From: Lytechinus pictus | Lineage: Eukaryota | Length of the DNA stretch: 64,000 nucleotides | Reading direction: 5' to 3' | Assembly (NCBI RefSeq): GCF_037042905.1 | Contig: NC_087249.1 | Location: forward strand, 7,628,001-7,692,000 | Shown here: positions 36,867-50,859 of the stretch, in pieces | Position numbering within the stretch: position 1 is the stretch's first letter | Layout of the letters: every line of letters starts with the position of its first letter | Program-made: the position numbers and the translations under genes | Notes under the pieces: model-generated | The model's input: the letters and a program-made list of their open reading frames with translations, nothing else | The model's database searches: none | Told to the model about the DNA's origin: nothing

Positions 36867-39144
36867 GATTGCTGTTGTTATTGTGACTGTGATAAAAAAA
36901 TACTGCTAATGACGAATATTAAGCACGTGTGAAACCAAACTAGAACATGATTGGAACCACGAACGCTAATCACAGTCACAATTACAATAGCAATCATCAT
37001 TCAAATTATACGATGTTTTACCGTGTGAAAGAGCGGATACCGCCTTCCCTCGGGAATTCGAATTTTCGAGTGAGCGTGTGAAAGGTCCGATGAATCTAAA
37101 GACGAATAGCAATAATCATTACAATAATGATTCAAGATTCACGTGTGAAAAGACCCTTCGATATTTCGTTTACAATACGCAGTGTATTTTTTCAGCATTA
37201 CAGCAAAAAGTGCTTTAAAATATTCCCTTTTTAGGTATGAATGTATGTATATTAAACCGCAACTCGCACATCGCGCTCTTCTAAAAGCAGTCTTTCAAAT
37301 AGCAATTTTCAGGTCATGATAACGAAAATTCAGCTTGGGCTTTGCGCTCGAATGTTGATTTAATCCGCTCATCATGAATTCCTCCAAACAGTTCTTAAAA
37401 TTTGTCCCTTTTCATGTCGGAATATAAAAGAAATTCCAACTCGCGCTTCGAGCTATTTGATTAGTGATACTTTTGTTTATGATTACAGTGCCTAGATGGG
37501 ATAAGAATTTTCCTTCTTCGCTCCAGCTCGCATACAATGAGATATGTATCCTCTTCATTTATGTTAATAAGTGCTTAAAACATTCCGTTTTTTGGTCAAA
37601 TTAATCTCGCGCTTCGTGCTCGCTTTGTTTATCAAGTGATATGCGTAACACGATTACCCCCAAAAGCTGTACTTTGCACTTTGCACCTTTTTTTTTTATT
37701 CAGGTCTGAATAATCTATATAAAAAAAGTCATTAAAAGGTATCTTTTCAGGTCAGAATGCAGGCTATTGAGCCCGTGATTCCGCAGTCAATTACAGAGAG
37801 CGCTTCGCGCGCTCAATAAGCCTGTTCACGGTTGTAAACTGCGCACGAGCAGAAAAAGGTCATTTGAGATAAACCATGAAGATGGCTTTCAAATTCACTG
37901 ACATAGGCATTTGTTATTTGATGATCATTCATGTATTCCTTTCAAAATATTCATTTTATCACATCCAAGCTGAAGAGAAATAGAGCCTTCATAATCACTG
38001 GTATTTGACAGTAGCCTAAACAATAGTCAAATGTGCTAAAGGCAGACAATAAAACAGATTTCCAAACTTTATCCCTGATGTACTATTCTAGTCACCTGGT
38101 CTATACAATGCCTTTTGTTCTTAGAATTTGAATACTCTACCGGTAAAGCTTACGCAACATCTACATTTGAAAATGAAAGTGCTTATCCTAATGAAAAATC
38201 ACAAAGGTCATTTGAGAAAAGTTGATCATGAGCTAACCGTGAACTGGCTTATTAGTGACTCAAAATGTTTATTCGCGCCCCCATGCCGTGACACGCGGTA
38301 CGCTACTGACCAGCAGCATCACCATCAATACAAGCCACCCTGTCACAACCCCTTCTTCCCTGTCTTCAGTGCATATAAATGCCATTCTGATGTAAATTTC
38401 ATTAACCAAAGATTAGGGTACATAATACCCACGTATTCGTTGTTTTCTGAGAGATGAATTTGCAATTAGAAATAGCTAATAGTTCATCATGAGGCGATCT
38501 ACGCTTTTCATTTTGCCCGATTTGCTACAAATAAATATGGAATCCTTGATCAGGTTGATAGTTGTCAGAAATACCCAGTGATCCATTTCGATTGCGATAT
38601 CATTTGAACATGACCTTTGCAGGAATAAACGAAGTCGGAATTCAAGGAATTAGATCAATTATTGCCGATTATAAACCGTTCGTTATACCACTTGTTTGAA
38701 TGCATACAAATGCGGTCTGAACCATTACTGTAATGAAATACATAATTCATAATTTAGAAAACATAATATCTTCTCACAGGTCTGTCGGTGAATGGGTTGG
38801 AAATGAGTAAAGTCGACAATAAAAAATGAGGTCGGAATAGAAAATGAAATTAATTTGAAATACTAATTATTACTCAACAATTTCACGGTAACATTGGATG
38901 CATTAGTATTTTTAAGGATCAGACCGGGCTAAATTCATATTTCAGGATCGGGGCTGTATTGGTAGTTCCATTTTGAAACTGACTTGGCATGAGGATATAG
39001 ATTAATTATCAGACTTTTGGATTCATAAATATGCGTTTCAAGTCTAAATGATAAAAACCAAATCACAACAAGAAGAGGTAAAATAATTTTGAAGTCTTAT
39101 TCTTGTCTAAACATTGCTCTATAAAAAGGCACCACAATAAAATA

Positions 39145-40224
39145 ATGGAAAAAACACAACAGATCCAATTTGATAACTTCACAGACGGAGACAGAAACTC
39201 GGATGTAGATTGGACAGATTGGACCAGTCCCGAGAGTAGCGGAGTGCTAGAAGGTATACCATATTACCACCGAGTTACCGTTGCATCCATCTTAATTTTA
39301 TTGATGTTGATCGGCCTCTTTGGTAACACCATCGTCATCATTACCGTCGTCGCCGCCAAAAAGCTTCGTACGACCACCAACATACTGGTGGTCAATCTTG
39401 CATTTGCAGATTTGATGACGTGTATCTGCATCCCGTTCAACGTTGTGGCCCTTCTAAGCCAAACAAATGAATATCCCTTGCCCGATTTCATCTGCGCCAC
39501 CATTGCTGGAGTTACCACTTCCTGTATATGCTGCAGTGCCTTTACTCTAGCTGCCATCGCCGTTGTCCGTTGGTACGTCATAACGAGATCCGTCCGTGGC
39601 CACCAAGGTATCCATACCGCTAAGAAAATCACCTCAGTTGTGGCGATTCTCTGGATCGGTTCCGCGGCTGCGATGGTCATTCCCCCTCTCCTAGGCATAG
39701 GAACCCTTGGCTATTCGGAATACTACGCCGTTTGTTTTACAACGGACACAAACCCGCTTGTGGTGTACTATGGCATCATCCAAGGAGCTGCAATTGTCAT
39801 TGTTTTGTTGGTAACCACGTTATTTTACCTTCTCATCCTGTACCATGTTCTTCAGCACAATAAGCGCTTTCGGGACAGGTATGAAGCTGACAGAACCTCA
39901 GACGAAGCGCAAGGCCAGGATTCATCACCATCTTCCGTATCTCGTCCACCTATGATCAAGGCCATCAACAGAAAGGAGATCAAGATTACAAAGAATCTCT
40001 TCACGGTTGTCTGTATCTTTATCTTCAGTTTCCTACCAACCGGGGTGAATCTGATCATCCCTGGTACGAGTGTTTCCACATTATACACCACCATGATAAT
40101 TCAGGCAAACAGCGTTGTGAACCCAATCGTCTACGGACTCAGGCATCCCAACTTCCAGGAAGTCTTCAAGAGCATCCCTAATTGCTGCAGGTGTTCCAAG
40201 GAGGAGTCATCAAGTCAAAAGTGA
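39145..40224 (+). CDS. Single-exon rhodopsin-like (class A) orphan GPCR, 359 aa
   Basis: Seven hydrophobic segments; GN (TM1), NLAFADL (TM2), Cys at the top of TM3 and in ECL2, TM4 Trp, NPIVY (TM7), N-terminal NFT sequon; first ATG at 39145. Confidence 0.92.
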   Translation: MEKTQQIQFDNFTDGDRNSDVDWTDWTSPESSGVLEGIPYYHRVTVASILILLMLIGLFGNTIVIITVVAAKKLRTTTNILVVNLAFADLMTCICIPFNVVALLSQTNEYPLPDFICATIAGVTTSCICCSAFTLAAIAVVRWYVITRSVRGHQGIHTAKKITSVVAILWIGSAAAMVIPPLLGIGTLGYSEYYAVCFTTDTNPLVVYYGIIQGAAIVIVLLVTTLFYLLILYHVLQHNKRFRDRYEADRTSDEAQGQDSSPSSVSRPPMIKAINRKEIKITKNLFTVVCIFIFSFLPTGVNLIIPGTSVSTLYTTMIIQANSVVNPIVYGLRHPNFQEVFKSIPNCCRCSKEESSSQK

Positions 40225-40871
40225 ATAAATTGTAATTGAACTCAGTTTCACCACTGAAAATTCACTTTGACATTTTCTGTTCTTGTAGAGTGGCAATACC
40301 AATATTTTTTTTAAGTTATAAATCTTTTGTTGTAGGAATACAGTTTGTGAACCAGCTGGATCACCGGAGTGTTGATATTTCACCAGGATCCTGATCCCAG
40401 ATTCTTGAATCCTTTGTAGGTGCTATTCTCCTCGAGTAGTCACGTATCTCCTTGACTTGGTAAGCACTCAAGTGTTCAATATTTGTCACTAGAATGGTGT
40501 ACTTTGAGACAATATATTTTCTAAATATAGATACATTACTTTCTTCTTTTGACATCTACTTTTTAATTAAATAGAGGGAAGCCATTGTTTTTGTGATATA
40601 TTTGTCACTGTAAATATTACATTCCTCTTTATATGAAAGTGTAAATTGATATAATCACTCCCTTTGTGTGGTAATTACAAACATTAATTTGTTGTTTTAA
40701 AGATGCATTATTCTGATATTTTGCAAAATATGTAGCCATTCTAGGCCTATATATTCCAATCATTTTTAATTTACAGGCAAATAATGATCCTTGTTTTAAC
40801 TATAATACAGTCATCTACATTAAAGGAATCTGAAATTAGTCCACTGACAGATGTGGGGGTTGTTATTAGGA

Positions 40872-41990
40872 TTTGATCGATCACCTTTTTAGTGTAACGG
40901 AATAACTTTAGCAATTTTCCATTTCTTTGGAAAGACGCCTTAGACGATGGATTCATTCATAAGATAGCTGACTGGACGTATAAGTTCATTTATGGACATT
41001 TTAATTGGTATTCCGTCTAAACCCACGGATTTCTTATTTTTCAGTTGTAGTACTTCTTTCAGTATATCATTTTGACTTACAGTACAAAGTTTCAATGGAT
41101 GTTCAACTGCCATAATAGTAACGTTTTCATCATACTAAGTCATTTTCTGTCGAAGAGGCCAGGTTCAACAAATTACCTCTATTTTAAAAATATTGATTAA
41201 ATTGGTTGGCCATGGTTTGACTTTGACTAGATTGAGGTTGAGACAAAGAAATGTTCTTGGGTAACAAAGAAGATAATGTATTCCATGAATTACTAGAATT
41301 TTTATCTTTGGTTAGTTGTTCTGTATAATAATCTTTCTTAGCCTTTTTGATCAGAGATGTTACTTTATTCTTTAATACACGATAATCTTTCCAAAAGTTA
41401 TCATTTTTGGTTTTGATAGCCTTTGTTTTAGCCATGTCTCTTTTCTTTATTGCTTGAAATATACTTTAATTTATCCATGGTGAATTTGAATTTTTCGAAC
41501 CCTCTTTGTCTTAGAGGCATATGTGTATTTACAACTTCTAGGAATAGCTTTTCAAATTTATCAGTGGCTTTATCGATATCATTTTTCCGACTCATCCTCA
41601 ATCCGGTTTTGCTGAGTTAAATCAGACTTGTACTTATTGATATCAACATCTTTCAATTTCCTGTACGTACAATACTTGACACCAGAATGAGCATGATGTG
41701 ATCTCCAAACGAGATAGCTCATCGAATGGTCACTAACACCATTATGTATGACACCAGAGGACTTAATCATAGAACTATTGTTAGTTAACATGTGATCAAG
41801 AGAAGAGGCAGATTGACTTGTAACTCAGGTGGTACATTCAGTAGTATTGACAAAAGATAATGAGAATACGTTGTTAATCTGCTTTAATTTATCGTCTCGT
41901 GGTACAATCGTCAACCTCTTTCAATATATCAAGATTAATATCACCCATGATAATTATAAGATGGCAATCTAGAGTTTCCGAATATTCCAA
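40872..41990 (-). mobile_element. Decayed CR1/L2-group non-LTR retrotransposon ORF2 fragment (APE endonuclease to start of RT)
   Basis: Translated motifs IIIMGDINLD, LDHML...GVSDH, SPWIN, KAKKDYY, MANQFNQYF, KSVGLDGIP and FPKKWKIAKVIPLH*KGD, with stops and frameshifts. Confidence 0.88.
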
Positions 41991-42699
41991 AAAAAAAATT
42001 TAAAAATAACTTATAGTTCATCATAATGCGATCTACGCTTTTCATTTTGCCTGATTTGCTTCAAATAAATATGGAATCCTTGATCAGGTTGATAGTTGTC
42101 AGAAATACCCAGTGATCCATTTCGATTGCGATATCATTCTGAAAATACTATTGTTTTGACCTCTTTGCGAGGAATGAACGAAATTGGAATTCAAAGAGAT
42201 CAATTATTGCCGATTATAAACCGTTCCTTACCACTTCTTTGAATGCATACAACTGAGGCCTGAACCATTACAGTAATGAAATACATGCATAATTCATAAT
42301 TTAGAAAGCATAATAATATCTTCTCACAGGTCTGTCGGTGAATGGGTTGGAAATGACTATAGTCGACAATAAATATGAGGTCGGGATAGAAAATAGAATT
42401 AATTTGAAATATCAATTATTAATCCACAATTTCACGGTAAAATTGGATGGAGTATTTTTCAAGGATCAGGCCGGGATGAATTTATTTTTCAGGCTCGGGG
42501 CTATATATTGGTAGTTCCATTTTGAAACTGACTTGGCATGACGATAGAGACTAGGTGTATCACTTATCAGACTTTTGGATTCATAAATATGCTTTTGCAG
42601 TCTTAATGATAAAAACCAAATCACAACAAGAAGAGGTAGAATAATTTTGAAGTCTTCTTGTCTGAACATTGCTCTTTAAATAGACACCGCAATAAAATA

Positions 42700-43792
42700 A
42701 TGGAAAACACATCACAGTTCCATTTTGATAACTTCACAGACGGAGACAGAAACTCGGATGTAGATTGGACAGATTTTAAGACCAGTCCCGAGAGTAGCGG
42801 AGTGCTAGAGGGTATACCATATTACCATCGAGTTATTGTTGCATCCGTCTTAATTTCATTGATATTGATCGGCCTCTTGGGTAACACCATCGTCATCATC
42901 ACCGTCGTCGCCGCCAAAAAGCTTCGTACGACCACCAACATACTGGTGGTCAATCTTGCATTTGCAGATTTGATGACGTGCATCTGCATCCCGTTCAACG
43001 TTGTGGCCCTTCTAAGCCAAACAAATGAATATCCCTTGCCTGACTTCATCTGCGCCACCATTTCTGGAGTCACCACTTCCTGTATCTGCTGCAGTGCCTC
43101 AACTCTAGCTGCCATCGCCGTTGTCCGTTGGTACGTCATAACGAGATCCGTCCGTGGCCAACAAGGTATCCATACCGCTAAAAAAAATCACCTTAGTTGT
43201 GGCGATTCTCTGGATCGGTTCCGCGGCTTCAATGGTCATTCCCCCTTTCCTTGGCATAGGAACCCTTGGCTATTCGGAATTCTATTCTCTGTGTTTTACA
43301 ACGGACACAAACCCTTTTGAGGTGTGCTATGCTATCATCCAAGGAGTTTCAATTGTCATTGTCTTGGCCGTAACCATGGTATTTTACTTTCTCATCCTGT
43401 ACCATATTCTTCAGCACAATAAGCGCTTTCGGGACAGGTATGAGGCTGACAAAACCTCAGACGAAGCTCAAGGCCAGGATTCATCACCATCTTCCGTATC
43501 TCGTCCACCTATGATCAAGGCCATCAACAGAAAGGAGATCAAGATTACAAAGAATCTCTTCATCGTTGTCTGTATCTTTATCGTCTGTTTCCTACCAACC
43601 GGGGTGAATCTGATCATTCCTGGTAGGAGTGTTTACACCTTGTACAGCACCATGGTAGTTCTGGCAAACAGCGTCGTGAACCCAATCGTATATGGACTAA
43701 GGCATCCCAACTTCCAGGAAGTCTTCCAAGAGCATCCTTTGCTGCAGGTGTTCCGAGGAGGAGTCATCAAGTCAAAAGTGAATAAATCGTAA
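42700..43792 (+). pseudogene. Tandem paralog of the class A GPCR with two +1 frameshifts (or sequencing errors)
   Basis: Colinear with copy 1. An A8 run at 43180-43187 replaces AAGAAAA (+1); there is an extra C near 43727 (ttccaag vs ttcaag). Split between ORFs 42658..43320 and 43154..43792. Confidence 0.8.
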
Positions 43793-46700
43793 TTGAACAC
43801 TCCGTTTCACCACTGAAAATTAACCGTGACATTTTCTGTTCTTGTAGAGTGGCAAACTGGCATCACCAATATCTATCAAGTATCACCAGTGTTGATATTT
43901 CATCAGTATCCCGATTCCAGATTCTTGAACCCTTTATAGGTGCTATTCAGCTTGAGTAGTCACGCATCTCCTTGACTTGGGAAGCACTCAAGTGTTCAAT
44001 ATTTATCACTAGGATACATTACTTTCTTCTTTTGACATCTACTTTTTAATCAAATAGAGGCAAGTCATTGTTTTTGTGGTATATTTGTCTCTGTAAATAT
44101 TACATTTATATTTATATGAAAGTGTGGATTGATATAATTTTACTCCCTTTGTGTGGTAATTACAAACATTGATTTGTTTTCAAGTTGTATTATTCTGATG
44201 TGTTGCAAAATATGTAGCCAGTTTAGGCCTAAATATACCCATCATTTTACTATACAGGCAAATAATGATCCTTGTTTTCACTATACAGTCCTATACGTAT
44301 ACATTAAATGAATCTGACATTACTCCGCTGACAGAGGTGGGGTTTCATAACGCTTCCTGAAAGTTGTGAATGACTTTACGAACAACTGATGAATGTGATC
44401 CTTTCTTGCGGTAAATATCGACCAAATTTTCATTGATGTTGATTTTAGAGCCTAAGAGATCACCAGTCGTTTGTGAAGTCGCTTGTAACTTGCAAACAGC
44501 TCTATAGTGAAGCACCCACGTGATCGGCTGTGGAAAGTGACCAGCAAAACACTGGAGTCAAGTTTAAAGGGATGGTCCGGGCTGAAAATACTTATATCTA
44601 AATAAATAGAGTAAAATTCACAAAGCAAATGCTGAAAATTTCATCAAAATCGGATGACGAATAACAAAGTTATTGAATTTTAAAGTTTACCAATATTTCG
44701 TGAAATAAGTTATATGCACATCGTCATGAATATTCATTAGGTGGGCTGATGATGTCACATCTCCACTTTCCTTTTTCTTATGTTATTACATGAAATCATA
44801 AATGTTTTATTTTTTCATACAAGTGTAAATGATGTGTCTCTATTCTGATGAAATAAGTTGCGGCAGTAAGTAACTAATGCACTTAATCAGTTGTCAATCC
44901 AATTGTTTTAATTCTTGGTAGAAATTTTTTGAAAAAACCTAATTTCATATAATAAAATAAAAAACAAGTGGGGATATGACATCATCAGCCAACCTAATGA
45001 ATATTCATAAAGACATGCCTAGAACTGTTTCACCGGAATAATGCAAATCTTTAAAATTCAATAACTTCGTTATTTGTTATCCGATTTTGATAACATTTTC
45101 AGCATTTTGCTTTGTGAATTTTACTCTATTTATTGAAATATAAATATCTCCAGCCTGGACAATCGGATTAGCATTTACCTCATTGAGATTGAAAATGAAT
45201 CTATAAGATTAAAATCCACTCCATAGTTTGACTGGCCACTAACTACAGCTGATCTCAATTTACTGCAAAGCTCTGTCATTTTAGAGTGAAGTCTTACAAA
45301 AGCAAATCAAAGAGGTTATGGACAAGAAAGAGATCTTAAAGTTTTGTCATATATTTCTTTTGTACTCTTTATTCATGGAAAAGCTTGCACTTCATATGTA
45401 ACAAGTAGAATAATAAACAAATACATCTGAATTCTGAATCATTAACATTTACAAAAAATATAGCATACAGGGCCAGCCATAAATTTCACTATGATTACAT
45501 CTAGAATATCTCATCTGGTGTGCCACAAGTATAATTCAACATTTAAAACTATGGAAAACCAAAATAGAAGACGAAACCTTCAAAACAAACATACACTGCA
45601 AATCATTATGAATGCATTTATACCCACTGTGGTAATCCTTGCCAGCTTCATCAAATACATGTACCTTGAATAATTTAAGCATTTCCTACGGTTCATATTA
45701 ACTATTTTGATTGCAAGTGACTTATTTTTTTCTCAAATCACAAATCCAAACTCTAAACAGCACTGAATAAAGACATGCTTAAAGATTTTGTCATCTATGG
45801 GGTGTTTCACAAAGATTTAAGTACGACTTTAGAGTCAAACTTAAATGCCTAGTTGCGTGTGGTATAAAAGGCATGACAGCATTGGTCAGATCATGCCAAG
45901 AGGATGCGCACCACCGCGTATCCATCAATCAGATGGCGCGTAACATATCATGTACAAGTCGACATTTTAGTGCGGCTCTAAGTCATACTTAAATCTTTGT
46001 GAATCACCCCCAGTAAGAATCATGGTTTTGCTTTCTGTTCGTTCTTGTGCTTGCTCTTGAAAAGCGTACATGAACATGTATGATGAAAATTCGAGCTATC
46101 TTTATCCCACACCATTTTGTGATTGTACTACCAAAAAGCTTTAAAAAAAAAAGACACTTTACTAAACTTTATAGCAACTTTATTCTACTCTATTGATTGG
46201 TATTAAAAGAAGAAGCATATTATCTGGATGACCTAATGTGCATCAAATAAATAAATAAAACAGGGCAATTATAGCCCTACTTGTCGAGAAATATTCAATT
46301 CTGTGGCTAACAAATGAATCAACGATTGAGTTTGTATGATTGTCAAGTGAGAGTGTGAGACATACTAGTATTGTTGTCTTTATGAGATTTCAGAGTGGAT
46401 TGAAAAGGTCCTTTAGCTGTGATTCTACAATTTAATGTTACATTATTCCAAGAGGTGCTTGATCTAAATAAAAATTAAACTGTATCATTGCGGTTTTTTT
46501 TAAACTGGAAAACACCATACATGTAGCTTTTTTTCATGCTCACATACTCTAAGAATAAGGTACCATCTCCTTGCACTGGTCAGAATACCCCCATAAATGA
46601 TTTTCCCCACTAACTTAGGGATATTTTTGCTTGATGATTCATCTAGTTATTAATTGAAATGAGCATACTATCATAAGCTCAGTTTTGGGAAATGACATAT

Positions 46701-47880
46701 TTCTTGGTATAAGGATAGTTGAACAGCCCTCATCAACACTATCTGAAGTGAAATAATTAGGAGTCTTCAGGACTGCATTTCTTACTTTTCTATTATCATA
46801 ACTACAAATTGTATGTCGCACGGACTTTAAATACCTTCCTTCATGCATCTTATCTGTAACTTAATTAAGTAGGCTAAATTTGTTGTAACATGATTGATTT
46901 GGCCAAATATTTCTTCTTGTAACTTAAAGATATAGACAAAATTGGTCGCGCTTTATAAAGAAATAAAACTTCCTTAATACCAGGCAAAACCCACTGGCAT
47001 TGAAAAAGTTAAGTGAGAGTATCTCATAGTACACCTCAACTGGTACACTATTATGCCGTTATGCTAAATGACTGGCATGATATTCAAACAATTCAGACAT
47101 AATACTTAAAGGGAATAATCCGTTCTGTTCACATTAGGTTCAACTCGTCCAGAACATCATACACTGCCAGGATAATGTCATTCCTACCATTTCAAAATTA
47201 AAACAAAACAAGACAACATTTAAAAATATTACATAAAGTGTAATAATTTATGACTTCATGACAAATAAAATACAGAAAAAGAAAATGGTATATTGAAACC
47301 AACAAAACATGTTCACAGAAAACATAATCCAATCAACACAATATCATAAAGCATAGAGGGGAATGTTGGAAAATAAATTCTGATTGAAAATTAAAAAGCA
47401 TACTTGTTTTCAATAATACAAAATAAATCAATACTATCAAAGGGTCATAACAGACATGAATCTATGGAAAGTTAACAATATGTTGTAATTCAATGTTTAA
47501 ATTGATTAATTATTATCATGGTCGTTGACTCTCCAACCAAGCTTGCGAATATGATTAAACATAAATAGATAATATCATTATATAGGGTTTGATTGCCAAA
47601 TATGTAAATGATATAGGAATGAGCAATAAGTTTTCTTATAAACAGAAATACAATGTTAATATGGTGGTGGTTGTTCTACACAACTGCCAATAAAATTTGG
47701 AATGGCACTGGTGGTCTTTCACAACTGTGAAGAAGACATGGATGCTTTTGTAGTCAACAAGCAAGGAAACTATGGGAGTCCTTTTCTATGTTCACTGCTG
47801 TTGAGTAAAAATTTTTTTCCAAATCCATATTTTATTGTTTGAAATAGACATAAAATGAAATACTCTGAAAATTAGCTTTG

Positions 47881-48078
47881 CCCAATCGATCGCGGGCCCG
47901 GCAGCCGCTGTGCAGCGCCAGATCGACGAGACTCTATCCCTTTAATCATTGAACGCCAAACAGGATAGCAGCAACTCCCATCTTTTAGCGTCTTTTGGTC
48001 TGACGCGGCCAGGTTTTGAACCCCCGACCTCCCGGTTGTGAGACGGACGCTCTACCAACTGAGCCAACACACCGGTTA
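47881..48078 (-). mobile_element. tRNA-derived SINE head and core (third family)
   Basis: TGGCTCAGTTGGTAGAGCG A box and GGTTCAAAACC B box, followed by a non-tRNA body. Confidence 0.75.
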
Positions 48079-50859
48079 ATCTTGGATCAAAGGGAAAAGT
48101 TAACCTCAACGTCAGTTTAGAGAATGAAACAAGTTTTAAAAATGTAAAAAAGTTGATATTTATAAATCAATATAACTCGCATCAGAGATCTACTTGCATG
48201 TGACGTCGCAAAGACGAAAGTTCATGACCTTTTTTATTTTCTTCAATGAATGTTTCAGTTTGGGAAAACTTCATTAAAATGTTGAGTTTTGTTATGTTTT
48301 TTTTTTAAACAACTCCCTGTGAGGCTTAGGCTTTAGCTATCAATACATTCCCCTTTCTGAACTCTTAAAGGAAAATGGGTATTTCAGGTATATACATGTA
48401 GCAGAGAAGCAAAGACCTTTGTAAATAATATCATTGAAAATATTTGACATCCACAATATTGGTATCATTCAATAAAGTTGGTTCATGTTTAATCAGTTTT
48501 AGTTATCTTTGACTGTGTGATTATAAATTAAAGTATATATTCTTTTACTTCGTATTTTAGTATTTACAGACTTGAAGTACATAATAGCCTATATAAATAT
48601 AAATAATTGTGATTATAATTCTGATTTTGTTTTAGCTGACAAGTGATTGATGCCTTTGGCCATTTAAATAGCATTTTTATAGATTTCCATTATATCTCTA
48701 TTTACAAGAATATATCTATTTGAATCCCAATCTCGAATCCAAAACCCCATATTTCAGAAGGGGTTAAGAAACACTGGGCACTGAATTGTCAATTTTCACT
48801 AAAATTTGATCAATTTCTTATAAAAATATCTTACTGGATAGAGATATTCTAAGAACATATTACATGTGTTTATATGATTCACCTTTCTGAGAGAATATTT
48901 CTTATAACAGCAGCAGTACGTAAAAACGTAAATGTATTACTTTGGATGTTCATGTATCTGTTGCTTGAAAATGGACAGAAAACAATGTTTACAAGTATGT
49001 AAGTAACACATCATATGTATTAATTCTCACACAGTTGAGCTCCAGTAACAATGCTATATGGAGAATGTAAAAGTGAAAATGGAAAGTGACATTAAATGTC
49101 CAGAATGAATTTAACTACAATACAACAATAGTACAAACTCTATTTCAATCCCATTATTGAGCATCTTTTGAAAGAATGCTTAGCATTTTTGTCCATTAGA
49201 AGGATAAAAATTATTTGGTGTACATGAACATCTTACATACATACAAATACATTGCTGAACCTATTCATGAACAACATTTGTGAGGCAAACAGCTAAAATG
49301 ACATTTTAAATTAAAGAAAACAGAAAAAGTGTAAAAAGATATTCTGAAATACATGTATGATCTGTATTTAATAGCAGGCCTATAATTGCACAAATCACAT
49401 ATAAAACACTTGAGACCTCCACATCATGATCCATGTATTTTTAAAGACAAAAAGAAAATTAAATTCCAGATTTCTACAGTTCGCTGTAGAAATAAGAAAT
49501 CAAGGGGTGCAAAATTAAAATATGTAAAGTTAATTTTCATGCAAATCACACATAATAACACATAAATGCATCCATTACTCTTTATCATAAATTAGATTTC
49601 TTATCAAATATAATATTCTGTATATAATAGCATACCCTCTTTGTCACATACATAATTTTCATAATCATAAACTCTCTACAAATACAGATTTACACACAAA
49701 CGTTGACAAAAATTGGTCTGAAAGACTTTCAGTGAAAAATTTCCCATCTTCTTCCAATCACAGATTAAGTTTGAAATATGAATTTCATACAAATGACCAT
49801 TCTCCCGGAGGAAATAAATGGACCAAAAACAACATTATTAGTGTTTGTTTGATGACTAATAATAGAATTCTGTTAATAAGGAAAGGAGAGGAGAATTATT
49901 AATCTCTGGAAAATATGGTGAGATATGGTCGGTTCAATTGGCATTTGTATCTTTTAAATGATCAAATTTAGCCTATGTAGAATCATAAATCTATACTACA
50001 GTACAATGTCACAAGTAGTTTCACATTTTGGAAGTTCCCCCTAACTTTCTGACTTTCTTTTCACATATTGTTGTTAATTGCACTTAATTCTAATGCTCAT
50101 GTATTCATGATCATTTCCTTTGTTTTTTTTTTCAAACAAGTATCAGAGAATATTAAAAGTGAAAAGTATCCATTGGAAGGAATCGGCATCCAAATCTACA
50201 GAAAATTTGCAAAGTTTGTGGTTTTGTTGAATTGGAATTACACCGAAGGGGGGGGGGGGGCAGTTCACAAAGAATTAAGACTGACTTAAAGGCCCTCTTT
50301 AATTCCTGGTTGCATGTGAGCACATCATCTCCCCCATGAAATCAGTCCCTGATGAGACTATGCCTTAAGTCAAGTAACACTAAATGTTGGTATTTAAAGA
50401 TAAATACCAGTTGTGGTAACGATGTCAAAATGAGCTTGAACAGAAGCCAATAAAATGCCAAAATGACCTCCCCCAAGTGTTTGTATATAAATAAAAATAT
50501 GTGTCAATTGGCTCTGGAAAAATAATTGTAATTGCTGGGAAATGAGCAAAATAAGCACGGAATCCCATAAAATTGGGTATTTTTCCAAGCAATATTAATA
50601 CACAGTCCCACATATGCCTTTTTTATGTTAGTTATCATCAGAATTATCGGTTTTTAGCTAAGATTTCATGAATTTACAATGAGTTGATTTCAGTGTACCA
50701 GAGCTAGATCTGTGGTAATATGGTGGTAATTAACCTTGATTTGAAAAGCGTTCTCATGAAATAATTGTTTGCTGCAATTACTTTATTTTACCTTTAAGAT
50801 TGACTATAAGTCAAACTCAATTCACAATTAAGCAGTCAGTCTGCAAGCCCCTGTGTTAA

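Larger units (their letters stand above)
38470..44342 (+). repeat. Tandem segmental duplication carrying the GPCR (about 38470-40860 and 42010-44342)
   Basis: About 650 bp upstream and 600 bp downstream of both CDSs align, e.g. gcgatctacgcttttcattttgcc and acaggcaaataatgatccttgtttt. Confidence 0.9.

Noticed and set aside
39103..39144. TTG-initiated N-terminal extension of the GPCR in the ORF track
   Set aside because: Non-ATG start from a prokaryote-style caller; ATG 39145 has good context (ataATGG) and is conserved in copy 2.
39264..39698. Antisense ORFs over the GPCRs (also 39852-40094 and 42822-43139)
   Set aside because: Shadow frames of the sense CDS.
47990..48078. Possible tRNA gene (also heads at about 2270-2335 and 10088-10153)
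   Set aside because: Acceptor stems do not pair properly, and where a body is visible the heads run into SINE sequence.
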